Shown in pieces: positions 27,730 to 39,260 of a stretch of 64,000 nt of DNA; within the stretch, counting starts at the first letter, position 1, and the number at the start of each line of letters is the position of its first letter. The translations under genes were made by a program, and so were the position numbers. This DNA is from Hormiphora californensis (lineage: Eukaryota; Animalia; Ctenophora), in assembly GCA_020137815.1 (NCBI GenBank), contig CM035353.1, positions 5,146,001 through 5,210,000 of the forward strand, in the 5' to 3' direction. The notes beneath the pieces are model-generated. The model searched no databases. It was given only the letters and a program-made list of their open reading frames with translations, and had not been told where the DNA came from.

Positions 27730-28465
27730 CAGTCGGACCCCGATTTACCGGGATCCTCGGGGGAAGCCATTTTGCCCGGTAAATCGGGGTGCCCGGTATA
27801 TCGGGGTAGAGCATATTTGACCCATAAATTCTACTTTTGTCCAAAATTCTATACCAAGACACCTCTGACTGTATAGTATACATTTATTGATGACAATATG
27901 ATCATTGCTTCTGTCATTAGAAATATAAAATTTTATAAATTTTTAAAAAACTGTAAAAACTTTTTCTAAGGTAAACCACCCCGACCGAGTCCGAATCGTG
28001 TTTCGAATCGGTGCATCTTATCGCATGTCCTGCCGCTAATTAGACGGTTCGAAACGAACCGATACGTGATACCATGCCGAATCTGGGCACCTTAAGCGGG
28101 GTGAGGAAGTATCAAAGTTTCAAAATAACTTTTTCTCTGAAAATTGACAGGGAGCATCAATCAAAGCATTGACAATGATTCTGTAAAATTTTGCAAAAAA
28201 AGTTATGAAATTTTTCTAAGGTATAGTGTATACCAGCCACGTTCGAATCGTGTTTCGAATCGGTGCATCTTATCACGTGCCCTGCTGCTAATTAGACGGT
28301 TCGAAACGAACCGATACGTGATCCCTATTAGACCTAGCAAATTGCAAATGCAAGTTTACCAACCGGCCAAACTTCGAAAACTTTCCAAAAAAATCGGGGG
28401 AAAGAAATCCTCCCGGTAAATCGGGGTTCCGGTAAATCGGGGCCCGGTAAATCGGGGTCCGACTG
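27730..28465. mobile_element. Tc1/mariner/pogo-type MITE, CAGTCGGACCCCG family
   Basis: TA|cagtcggaccccgatttaccggg ... cccggtaaatcggggtccgactg|TA; internal similarity to 3280-4131. Confidence 0.9.
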
Positions 28466-29342
28466 TAACTCTCTTCATACTCATACTCTTCACGAAAAGG
28501 TTTCCCTTGGGCAGTCTCCACTCTTGATTGAAGATAACATTGCCACAGAAAGAAAATGAGAGTCTAACAGTGAACCACAAAATTATCAATTCCCGCCAAA
28601 AAGCATAATTTTCAAGAACAAAAAGCGTAGTCCGACTTCATGAAATAAACAAAAAAAATGTACGTATGAATCTAAGCAATTTAATTTCTTGTAACAACAT
28701 GTCTCATGTCAAAGAATAATCATCAGACAAATGAATCAAATAAGATGTTAACATTAACAGACAATATTTTTATAACGTTTCGGCGTAAAAAGCCTTTTTA
28801 AAGTAATAAAACGGAAAATGAAAATGGCAAAAAGATGAGAAAAAGATAGAAGAAACTTATAATACCATTCTTATGATGCTCTTTATTGTTTACAATATGA
28901 TTTGATTTGATTTGAAAAAGATATTAAAAGACATTAAACATATACCCGACTGACTCTTACTAATATAGTTAAGCAGCCTATGGCGCGAGTGCTTACGTCT
29001 TAAAAAAAACTCAACTAAAAATATATACAAAATGATATACATACTATAATAATGAAGGTTTACAAATTAAAATCAGCGGTGGTTTTTACGGTCTATACAA
29101 ATGTTTCATGGTGTTTCACAAGGAGACACAAAACTTCAGTAGACAAAGATCGATCAGCACTGTCAACTAGTCGGTTTGTGGTGACTAATTATTCTCTCAT
29201 CCTATCGAGTGCTTCCAAGGATGTTTTGCTCCTGTCTTTATTCTCGAGATTGCTCATTGCTAACCTGAAGTTTTTTTAAAGAAGCGTAAGTGGGGGACAT
29301 TTATGTTTATATATCAACACTACTGCAGTTTATTCTTCTTAA

Positions 29343-30732
29343 GGGTACGCTAACCAAAAATTTTTTTCGAGTGCAGGGAAATCTCTCACCGTAGGGTTGT
29401 AGGCCATGCCAAGGAGACCTCAAATATGCAATTTGAGCTCTCAAGTCGAATTCATATTTTTGCTACAGCTGCTTGAAAAATGAACTGAAAATAAGTTTTT
29501 GGCATCTTAAAAATACATTTGTAAAGATAGGATCATAAAAATTTGTGGATTTGAAGAGGACAAAGAGGAGAGTAGCCACAAAAAATTTTTTTGAAATCCG
29601 AGCTGATTTCCGGTCCTGAGATGGATTTCTTTTTTTTTACTTTAACGCCATATTTGGCCAAGTTCCGAAAATATGTGAAAGCTGTAAATTGGTCAAAAGT
29701 TGCGTCTAACGATTCTCTATATGGCCATAAATTTTGGGCGTGTCCTTATTTGAGATAAGCTGTACAGAGTTTTTTTTGTGAAAGCCGTCATTTCAGAAAT
29801 AAATAAATTCCCTGTATCTCAAAAACGGCTGATCGTAGAGACCTGAGACTATGATTAAAAGATTCAGAAGGTCCGATTTTGGGGGGGTCTTCTGAGAGAC
29901 ATTTTGCTCCTACTTCAACCGTTTTTGCTGTAATTGCGAAAAACAAAAACCCATCTTCGCCATTGTGGATTTTTTGTGATTTTGTTTTTGGTGATTATAG
30001 GGACCCATATGGACCAAATAGTGAAGGAATTAGCTTGTTACACATTTTTCCATAGTTTCGGTCCTTTCTTAGCCAAAATTCCCTAATTACAGGATATTGG
30101 AGTTTAGCTTTTGCCCTTTTCATAGAATTTGTTTTTCGCAATTACAGCAAAAACGGTTGAAGTAGGAGCAAAATGTCTCTCAGAAGACCCCCCCAAAATC
30201 GGACCTTCTGAATCGTTTAAGCATAGTCTCAGGTCTCTACGATCAGCCGTTTTTGAGATACAGGGAATTTATTTATTTCTGAAATGACGGCTTTCACAAA
30301 AAAAACTCTGTACAGCTTATCTCAAATAAGGACACGCCCAAAATTTATGGCCACTTAGATAATCGTTAGACGCAACTTTTCACCAATTTACAGCTTTCAC
30401 ATATTTTCGGAACTTTGCCAAATAGGGCGTTAAAGTTGAAAAAAAGAAATCCATCTCAGGACCGGAAATCAGCTCGGATTTCAAAAAAATTTTTTGTGGC
30501 TACTCTCCTCTTTGTCCTCTTCAAATCCACAAATTTTTATGATCCTATCTTTACAAATGTATTTTTAAGATGCCAAAAACGTTTTTACAGGACATTTTTT
30601 AAACAGCTGTAGCAAAAATATGAATTCGACTTGAGGGCTAAAATTGCATATTTGAGGTCTCCTTGGTATGGCCTACAACCCTACGGTGAGAGATTTCCCT
30701 GCACTCGAAAAAAAATTTTGGTTAGCGTACCC
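29343..30732. mobile_element. 1.39-kb foldback TTAA MITE, copy 2
   Basis: Same TIRs and spacer as 16259-17648; TTAA on both sides. Confidence 0.93.
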
Positions 30733-32040
30733 TTAATCTGTTATTAAACAATGGGGCCTCCATCCAGCTCCTGGTAGCCCGATGAGAGATTAATGTAAGA
30801 CAAAGATGGTAAAACATTCAATTTACCTCGTAATTTACAGTCGCCGTATCACTAGTTTTACCTATCAATACCCCCGGGTAACTCCTGTTGCTGATTGCAT
30901 TTCCAACAATTATAACATGACCCTTATTATAGAGCACATCTCTGGGGGAGATATGGGCCAGCAGATGCTGCTAATTTTTCTTTTCAAGCTGTGTTATTTT
31001 CTGTGCTATTTTCTGATGGAATAAACTTATCTAAATATCATTATCGGGGTAGGCAGAACAATAGGAATAATCCCGTTGGTTCTCGCCGACCTCCTCCTTC
31101 TCCCTCTGCTAATTCCCTCTAGATACCCCATAGAATATCTAGATGAGGGTCAGTCCTAACTCACTCCCCATCCGAATTGACCCACTGCCTACCCCTCCAG
31201 TTATTCTTCTTCTTCTTCTGGGAGGACGCTGGCTAGTGCGAAGCACTAGCCAGTAAGGGGTGGGTGCCATGAGGCTCCCGTTCCCCGTCCTGGGTGGTGT
31301 GGCTGGTATGTTGCCAACTGCTTCGGCCCAAGGAGACTTGGGGAGCTGGTGCCATACCAGGTCACAAGGGAAACCTCCCTTTAAGGGGTGGTTTCAGGGG
31401 GGTGAAGTATCTCCATCGCCTTCTTATAGAACGAGATCGTTTTTCTAAGGGGTTGATGGTGTCTAATTTCGTACATGCTGAGGCCCAGCCTGTCAAAGGA
31501 TTCCTGTCGGAGTTTCCAAAGGGCGGGGCATTCAGTAAGTACATGCTTTATTGTCTCGTCTTCCATCCCACATGCTGCACAGGTTGTGGTCTCGACTTTT
31601 TTTAATTTTTTCATGTGGTAGTTAAGGTGGCAGTGCCCTGTGAGTAGGTGTGTCGCCGCCCTTAGGTCTGTTCTATTAAGTTTTTGAAGAGGTCTCTCAT
31701 ATCTTTCGGTCCACATCATGTCCATATGTTTGGTTTGTTTGATGGGTCCGGTTTTAACCTTCTCCCTGAGGGCTGCATAGGCTGCCGCTTTGGGAATCGG
31801 TATGAGAGTAACTTCTTCGATTTCCTGAGCACCCCTTTTTGCCAAGATGTCTGCTATTTCGTTTCCATCGTACCCTTGATGGGCCGGGATCCATCTAATC
31901 ATGACATCGTTGAATATGGCTAGGGTGTTCAGATTTTTGATAGTCTTTATCGTGGTTTTTGATCTGCATGTCGTGGAGTCTAGGGTCTTTATTGTCCCTT
32001 GACTGTCACAGTTTATGAGTATTCGCTCGTTAGCTGTTCC

Positions 32041-32783
32041 GGGGGGTACGTCACCTTTTTTTTGCCCACTGCCCACATTATTCTTAAATTTTGAATTTGC
32101 CCACATGGGCAAAAGTGGGCAAAAGTAGGCAAAAGTAGGCAAAAAATTTAAATCCATAAAAAATATATGCTATCAACCAGGTAATCGTCTGTGACAAAGG
32201 TTTTTCACCACCAATGTCCTCCTAGAGGTCCCCCCTATCGATTCCAACCGATAATTTATTTGCTCAGGGTTGATAAGGCTCCATATCCAACTGGGAAAAT
32301 GGGCAAAATATGTTGGCAAAATTAGGAAAATTGGTCATTTTAGGCACGTTTCTCACATGGTTGGAGTGGAAAATTTTTCTGGTTTTTCTGGGACCCCATT
32401 GGAGTACAATGCAAGTGGAAAACCTTTGTTATGTATCAGTTCCCTAAATAGCCCCAAAATGACGAAAAATCACTGGCCTTTGCCTAATTTTGCCTAATTT
32501 TTTTGCCCACTTTTGTCCAGTCGGACATGGAGCCTTATCAACCCTAAGTCATAAGTAAGTACATTAATATTCGGTTGGAATCGATAGAGGGGACCTCTTG
32601 GAAGACATTGGAGGTGAAAAACATTTGTCACAGAGGGTTTTCTGGTAAATTTTTGATGGTTATAATATTTTTGCCCACTTTTTGCCCACTTTGCCCACAT
32701 TATACCTGTTTTTTGAGATTTTGGTTTGCCCATGTGGGCAAATGTGGGCAAAAGTGGGCAAAATAAAAGGTGACGACCCCCCC
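32041..32783. mobile_element. MITE with GG termini, 8(-9)-bp TSD and TTTGCCCAC subterminal repeats (Merlin/MULE-like), inserted in the RNase H coding region
   Basis: TIR ggggggtacgtcacctttt ... aaaaggtgacgacccccc; TSD gctgttcc at 32033-32040 and 32784-32791. Confidence 0.88.
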
Positions 32784-35620
32784 GCTGTTCCCCTATCCAG
32801 GAGATATTGAGCCGTCTGTTGTATGGCATACATTTCTGCCGCCGGGACAGTTCCTTCGGGGCCTAGGTTATACGAATTTCGAGCTAGCTCTGTTTCGCCA
32901 GAGTGGATAATGTATCCTGCACCGGCATTGTTGTTAATTTTTGACCCATCAGTGTGTGCAACTATCGTGTACTTGTCTCCATCCTCCAAAAACGTCTCCC
33001 TTTCTGGGATCTCTAACGAGAATTCCCTGTCTAGGGTGAGTTCCGGGGTTGTGAGATCGTGACATCTGCCCTCTGCTTCCAGAGTTCTGAGATCACGTGA
33101 TACCGTATTGGCATGCGAAGTGAACACTTTTGGGGTCTTTAGGTCTGATTTTATTGGCCCTTCCCATTCTCCCGTTGCCATTAGGGTGTATGCAGTTTTG
33201 GCTGCACAGTACCTCAGATGGTCGGTGATCGGGGCGGTGTTTGTGATTGTGTCTAGGGCTGTTGATGGCGTCGAGGGCATGGCCCCAGTTACCATCTTGA
33301 GTGCTAGCCTCTGTACCCTTATCATGTTTTCTTTGTTTGTTTTGGTTCGCATTGCATTAGCCCAGACCATTGCCCCGTAGCATAAGGTGGGTCTCACTAT
33401 TGCAGTGTATATCCATAGGGCCGTTTTAGGGTTTAGTCCCCACGTGGGTCCCACCACTTTACGGCACTGCATCAGGATATTTTTTGCTTTTTTTATTTGT
33501 TTGTTTACGTGATCGTTCCAGTTCAGTTTGCTGTCAAGGGTAATCCCTAGAAACTTCGTGGATTCGGACACTTTGATAGGGTTACCCTGAATTTTGATCG
33601 GGTTTCCAATTTTCACATTTTTTCGATGGGTGAATATGACTACATGCGATTTCAGGGCACTTAGTTTGAGCCCTACTGTCTTACACCAGGCGTTTATGGA
33701 ATTAAGCCCCTTCTGGGTCGCGTCCCTTAGAGGGAGTATGTCCGCAGAGGGTCCATTTCTTCCGGAGGGCATTGTGGTTGCTACTATATGACATAAGTCA
33801 TCCGCAAAGCCCTGTAGTTCACCTGGTATATTCTTTTTGCTATGGTTTAGTAGATCGTCCATTACCAGGTTCCATAGGAACGGGGAAAGTATTCCTCCCT
33901 GGGGACAACCCCGGGTGGCTCTTATAGTAAGGGACTCTTCCATTAGGTTCGTGGTTATTTCGCGGTTTGAGATCATGTAGGTGATCCAGACAGCTGTTCT
34001 TTTGTCGCGTAGCTTTGCATGAAGGGCTCTTTCCATAGCTTGGAATGCCACATTATCGAAGGCTCCCTCGATGTCCAAGAACGTACCCAGGGCAATGCCC
34101 TTGTGCATGAGGGTGCCTTCGAGTTTGCGTACTACTTTATGGAGGGCTGTTTCTGTTGAAACGCCTCTTCTAAATCCATATTGCGACTTGTTTAATTTTT
34201 TGTGTACTTTTTGGTCTACCTCAATGTGCCATAGAATTAACCGTTCCATGAGTTTGTGGAGGTTTGACGCAAGGGTTATTGTTCGGTATGATTTAGGCAT
34301 CCGATAGTCATCCTTTCCTGGCTTGGGCAGGTAGATGGCTTCTGCTTCCTGCCAGGATTTGGGGGTTACCCCTAGACTGTACGATGCCTTAGCTATCTTT
34401 GCAAATGGTCCAGCAATAATGTCTGCTACTTTTTGCATCATGATGGGCCTGATGCCATCCGGCCCAGCAGCTGTTAAGGGTTTAAATTCCCTCAGCGCCT
34501 TGATGATACGTGTTTTCGAGAATGTTTTTTCATCAGACCACTCCCCTTCTGGGGCTTCAGTTTTGTCCTTGAGGGAGGGTCTAGTTGAGTGGTCCTCGCC
34601 AAAGTGAACCTCTGCCATTATCTGGAGGGTTTCTTTAGGGGACTGTGATAGTTCACCATTTGCGTCAAAGATACAGCTGAGATTATAATCTTTACTGTTC
34701 TTGAGCACTTGGCTAACCTTCTGGGCATCTGAATATGCATCGAGATCTTCAGCCCATATTTTCCAGTTTTTAAATTTAGACTGGTTTTTGGTTTTTGTGT
34801 ATTTGTTTCGAGCTGTTTTTGCTGAGTCCCAGTCCTGATGCACTTTCGTGGTCTGGGCGTGTCTCAGTTTATCAAACATTTCTTCCCTAGCTGCCTTGAC
34901 CTCCCCACTGAGCCACGGGGGGTCTTTGGAGTGGGCGGAAACGTATGTTTTTGGGGTACACTTGTAGTATGCCCACAGCATCAGTTCTATTAGTTTTTCG
35001 TTGGCTGTTTCAAGTTCTTCGGCGTTTGATATTACCATTTCTGTCAGGCCTGTTTCTTCTAGGCCCTTTTCCACAAGTTGTCTATATAGGGCCCAGTTTG
35101 TTTTCTTAATATTGTAGAATGAGCGGATCTTGCTACCGTCCATGTCCCTCAACACAAATGTGATGGGTACGTGGTCGGATCTGCATTTTCCTTCTACTGT
35201 CTGCCAGTCTTGTATCATGTCCAGTGCATGGTTGTTGGTCATGGTAAGATCTAGCACATTTTTTCTTGTTCCATTGTCGAAAGTGTGGGGGCAATTCACG
35301 TTCGATACATGCAGATCAAGATCTACAATGGCATCTAATAGTGCATCTCCCCTTTTCTTCCCAATAGGATCTTTAACCAGTGCCCCCCAACTAGTGTTGT
35401 GGGCGTTGGTATCAGATCCAATTACTAGTTTCAGGTTATTTCTTTTTGCGTGGGCTGCCAACTCTCCTAGTAATTTAGGAGGGCATTCTAGCTCTCTGTC
35501 CATGTACATTGAGCATAAAATGACTGATTTGGTGCCCAGTTTGACAAGGATAGTGACTGTGTCCCTGTCAGTGAATTTGTCAAGGAGAAATACGTTCCTC
35601 CCTAGGTTACTATTGATTAA

Positions 35621-37009
35621 GGGTACGCTAACCAAAATGTTTTTTCGAGTGCAGGGAAATCTCTCACCGTAGGGTTGTAGGCCATGCCAAGGAGACCTCA
35701 AATATGCAATTTGAGCTCTCAAGTCGAATTCATATTTTTGCTACAGCTGCTTGAAAAATGAACTGAAAATAAGCTTTTGGCATCTCAAAAAATTTTTTTC
35801 AAAGATAGGAGCATGAAAATTTGGGGATTTGAAGAGGACATGAAGGTGAATAACCACAAAAATTTTTTTTGCAATCCGAGCTGATTTCTGGTCCTGAGAT
35901 GGATTTCTTTTTTTCCACTTTAACGCCCTATTTGGCAAAGTTCCGAAAACATGTGAAAGCTGTAAATTGGTGAAAAGTTGCGTCTAACAATTATCTAAGT
36001 GGCCATAAATTTTGGGCGTGTCCTTATTTGAGATAAGCTGTACGGAGTTTTTTTGTGAAAGCCGTCATTTCAGAAATAAATAAATTCCCTGTATCTCAAA
36101 AACGGCTGATCGTAGAGACCTGAGACTATGCTTAAACGATTCAGAAGGTCCGATTTTGGGGGGGTCTTCTGAGAGACATTTTGCTCCTACTTCAACCGTT
36201 TTTGCTGTAATTGCGAAAAACAAATTCTATGAAAAGGGCAAAAGCCAAACTCCAATATCCTGTAATTAGGGAATTTTAGCTAATGAAGGACCGAAACTAT
36301 GGAAAACTGTTTAACAAGCTAATTCCTTCACTATTTGGTCCATATGGGTCCCTATAATCATCAAAAACAAAATCACAAAAAATCCACGATGGCGAAGATG
36401 GGTTATTGTTTTTCGCAATTACAGCAAAAACGGTTGAAGTAGGAGCAAAATGTCTCTCAGAAGACCCCCCCAAAATCGGACCTTCTGAATCGTTTAAGCA
36501 TAGTCTCAGGTCTCTACGATCAGCCGTTTTTGAGATACAGGGAATTTATTTATTACTGAAATGACGGCTTTCACAAAAAAAACTCCGTACAGCTTATCTC
36601 AAATAAGGACACGCCCAAAATTTATGGCCACTTAGGTAATCGTTAGACGCAACTTTTCACCAATTTACAGCTTTCACATGTTTTCGGAACTTTGCCAAAT
36701 AGGGCGTTAAAGTGGAAAAAAAGAAATCCATCTCAGGACCGGAAATTAGCTCGAATTGCAAAAAAAAATTTTGTGGTTATTCACCTTCATGTCCTCTTCA
36801 AATCCCCAAATTTTCATGCTCCTATCTTTGAAAAAAATTTTTTGAGATGCCAAAAACTTATTTTCAGTTCATTTTTCAAGCAGCTGTAGCAAAAATATGA
36901 ATTCGACTTGAGAGCTCAAATTGCATATTTGAGGTCTCCTTGGCATGGCCTACAACCCTACGGTGAGAGATTTCCCTGCACTCGAAAAAAAATTTTGGTT
37001 AGCGTACCC
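35621..37009. mobile_element. 1.39-kb foldback TTAA MITE, copy 3 (spacer inverted relative to copies 1 and 2), inserted in the LINE endonuclease
   Basis: TTAA at 35617-20 and 37010-13; same TIRs as copies 1 and 2. Confidence 0.93.
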
Positions 37010-39184
37010 TTAAGATGCTCGCACGTGGTCTCTGAGCCCTTTTGTCATATAGGGCAGAGAATCCTCCGCTGGCTCTAACTTTAGATGTTTTCCCTATAAT
37101 AGGTGGCTCTTGGGCTAGGATAATTTGTGATCGTGTTTGGTTACAGGTGATTATGTCATCCCATGCTTCATGACTTTTATGGAGGTTAATTTGTGTTACT
37201 CTGATGTTTTTACTTATTTTCTTGGCTGCTGAGGGTCCTGGAGGCGGCCCTAGACTCTGCTGCCCCTCCTTCTGGGGTGGGGGCGGCAGATTGTCTTGGG
37301 CTCCACGGGCAGTGTTGGACCTCCCTGTCCCTTCCTTTCGGAGGGTCATTTGGATTCCACCTGCACTATTCGGGGCTGCGATTTGACTCTTCTGCCCTTT
37401 CCCTGTCGCTACACTGCCCGAATCTCCATCATTTAGAAGGTCAGCTTCTCTTACGGTTATTACCCCGACCCTTCGCTTCCCCCTCCCTCGTCCTCTATAG
37501 CTATGGTTTACCATATCTGAATGAGTGAGTGAATGACAAAGTGATCAGTGAGCATTATACACTTGAATTGTTCATACTTTATTTTTTACTAAACAGTGTC
37601 AAGCGACTCAAAGTTAGGCCTTATATTTCTCTAAAGCATGGTAATTTCAAGAAATTGACAATTTTTGTTGTCTTAACTAGTAACACCTTTGCTGGCCCAT
37701 CGCTGAGTCGCAGTACCCTGGAAGCTAGTCCACCTGTCATGGTTGCCATTTCCCTCGTGGCCAGCTCTGTGGTGGTTACGGGGGTGATAAACTGCAGGGC
37801 AGCTATTTTGAATGTCCACTGGCGGTGTATCTGAGTTAACTTGGGTAGGGGGATCCCGCACTTGCCCTCTGCCCAGTCGAGGAGGCCAATAAAGTTGTCG
37901 AGCAGATCGTGTCCACCACGGAGCTTCTCCTGGATGGTGTGGGGGGGGTGTGGGTTCGGTTGAGGAATATCCTCCCCTCATCTCTTACCCCCTTGACTTG
38001 TCGTACCGGTTCTTTCTGGCACTGATACTGTCGACTCCAGAGTCTCCTCTCCACTTGCCGCAGCAGCTCTGGTAGCACGCTGGTCCTCATTCAAAAACAC
38101 AATTGAGTCCATATACTCGAACATACCCTCGAACTCCTTTAACTTTAGACTGACAAATAAAAAACGCATGAAATTTGATACACTGATCAGATATACAAAA
38201 TTATCTTTTTCACTATGTATAATTAGCCGCAGATGACAGATCAGGAGATGATATCATTAGTTCTATACCACATCTAAATGACCTTTTGAGTAGATAAAGA
38301 GGTGTTAGAAAAATGCTATTCTTGTTAGTAACGAAAATAGTTGTTTTATCATACCTGATATATGAGTTTGACACCGTTAAAATGTCCCCGTGTGGCCGAG
38401 TTCATGTTCAACCCTGACATGAAATCTGATCTAGATTGATCCTGAATTTCTGTATCAACAAAACACAGCTGGCGAAACTTTGGAGGCTCGTTTGATGCTA
38501 GGAGAGGTCCAATGTTGTGATACATTTTCCCTTGAATTGTAATGGTCGTACGGTCATACGAGTTCTTGTTTGGCCCAGTTGTTACAAGTGTCTCGATGCG
38601 GTAGGTGCTCTACACATACCTCAAACAACTCGTCCACGCAATACCCCAGCACGGTTTCAACCTCGCTTCTTTGTGATGAGGTCAACCACTCTTCCTACCA
38701 TCTGATTTTCTTAACGGGAGGAGGGGGAAGTGTTTTAGAGACCCTTCTGGGGTTCTATCAGAGACCTAGAGTCGGCTGTCAAATTCCTCCTCTAATTCCA
38801 TGTGAAACAATATTTGAATGGAGTGAGTGAATGGCAAGTTGTCGCCTCCCACTGTGTACGGACACTCCTCAAAATGTAAATAAATGCATGTTGTTCCAGA
38901 TCGAAATATAATAGTACCTTCCACATGATTAAATACCTTCATTAATTCAACCCATGCTTGTTGTATTTTTCAACAGGGTGTATTATACTAAGACATGTGC
39001 TGAACTAATTCCTGTCGGCTGTCGAATTCCTATTACCTTACCGCATTTGAGTTACTCGTTTCTGGGCTCGATGGTTGAAACGGACAGGGCGATGCTGGTA
39101 GTAATTTGAGCCTCGTCTAAAGTGTTGTCAGACTGGGACACAGAAAAGTAGGATGTGATAAGATTAAATTCTTTTTTGGGTACA

Positions 39185-39260
39185 GCTGTACTCCATGGTC
39201 CTTGCAATAGTCCACAAGTTGTGGCACAACAGTGGAAGACACAGCTGTGTCCACACATTG
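39185..39260 (-). pseudogene. Short fragment of the transposase family at 10940-12112
   Basis: TAVSSTVV...VDYCKDHGV matches AAVSSTVVDYCKDHGV at ~11145-11190. Confidence 0.6.

Larger units (their letters stand above)
31381..37514 (-). pseudogene. LINE ORF in three pieces (37514-37010, 35616-32784, 32032-31381) that rejoin into 1329 aa
   Basis: 505+2833+652 = 3990 nt. Both junctions (RASIL|INSNLG and DRGTA|NERIL) are in frame once each MITE and one TSD are removed. Confidence 0.9.
31201..37530 (-). mobile_element. Non-LTR retrotransposon (R1/LOA-like; APE-RT-RNase H), interrupted by two MITEs
   Basis: APE (QINLHKS, AQEP, GSDTNAH, SDH), RT (GPDG, FLDIEGAFD, GCPQGGILSP, FADD, FLG), RNase H (HTDGS, CDSQ, WIPAHQGYDGNEIAD), C-terminal CxxC...HxxxxC, 3' hairpin and (GAA)n tail. 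Confidence 0.95.

Noticed and set aside
37620-38170. LINE ORF1
   Set aside because: Contains a stop and no recognisable zinc knuckle or RRM; cannot be assigned to the LINE.
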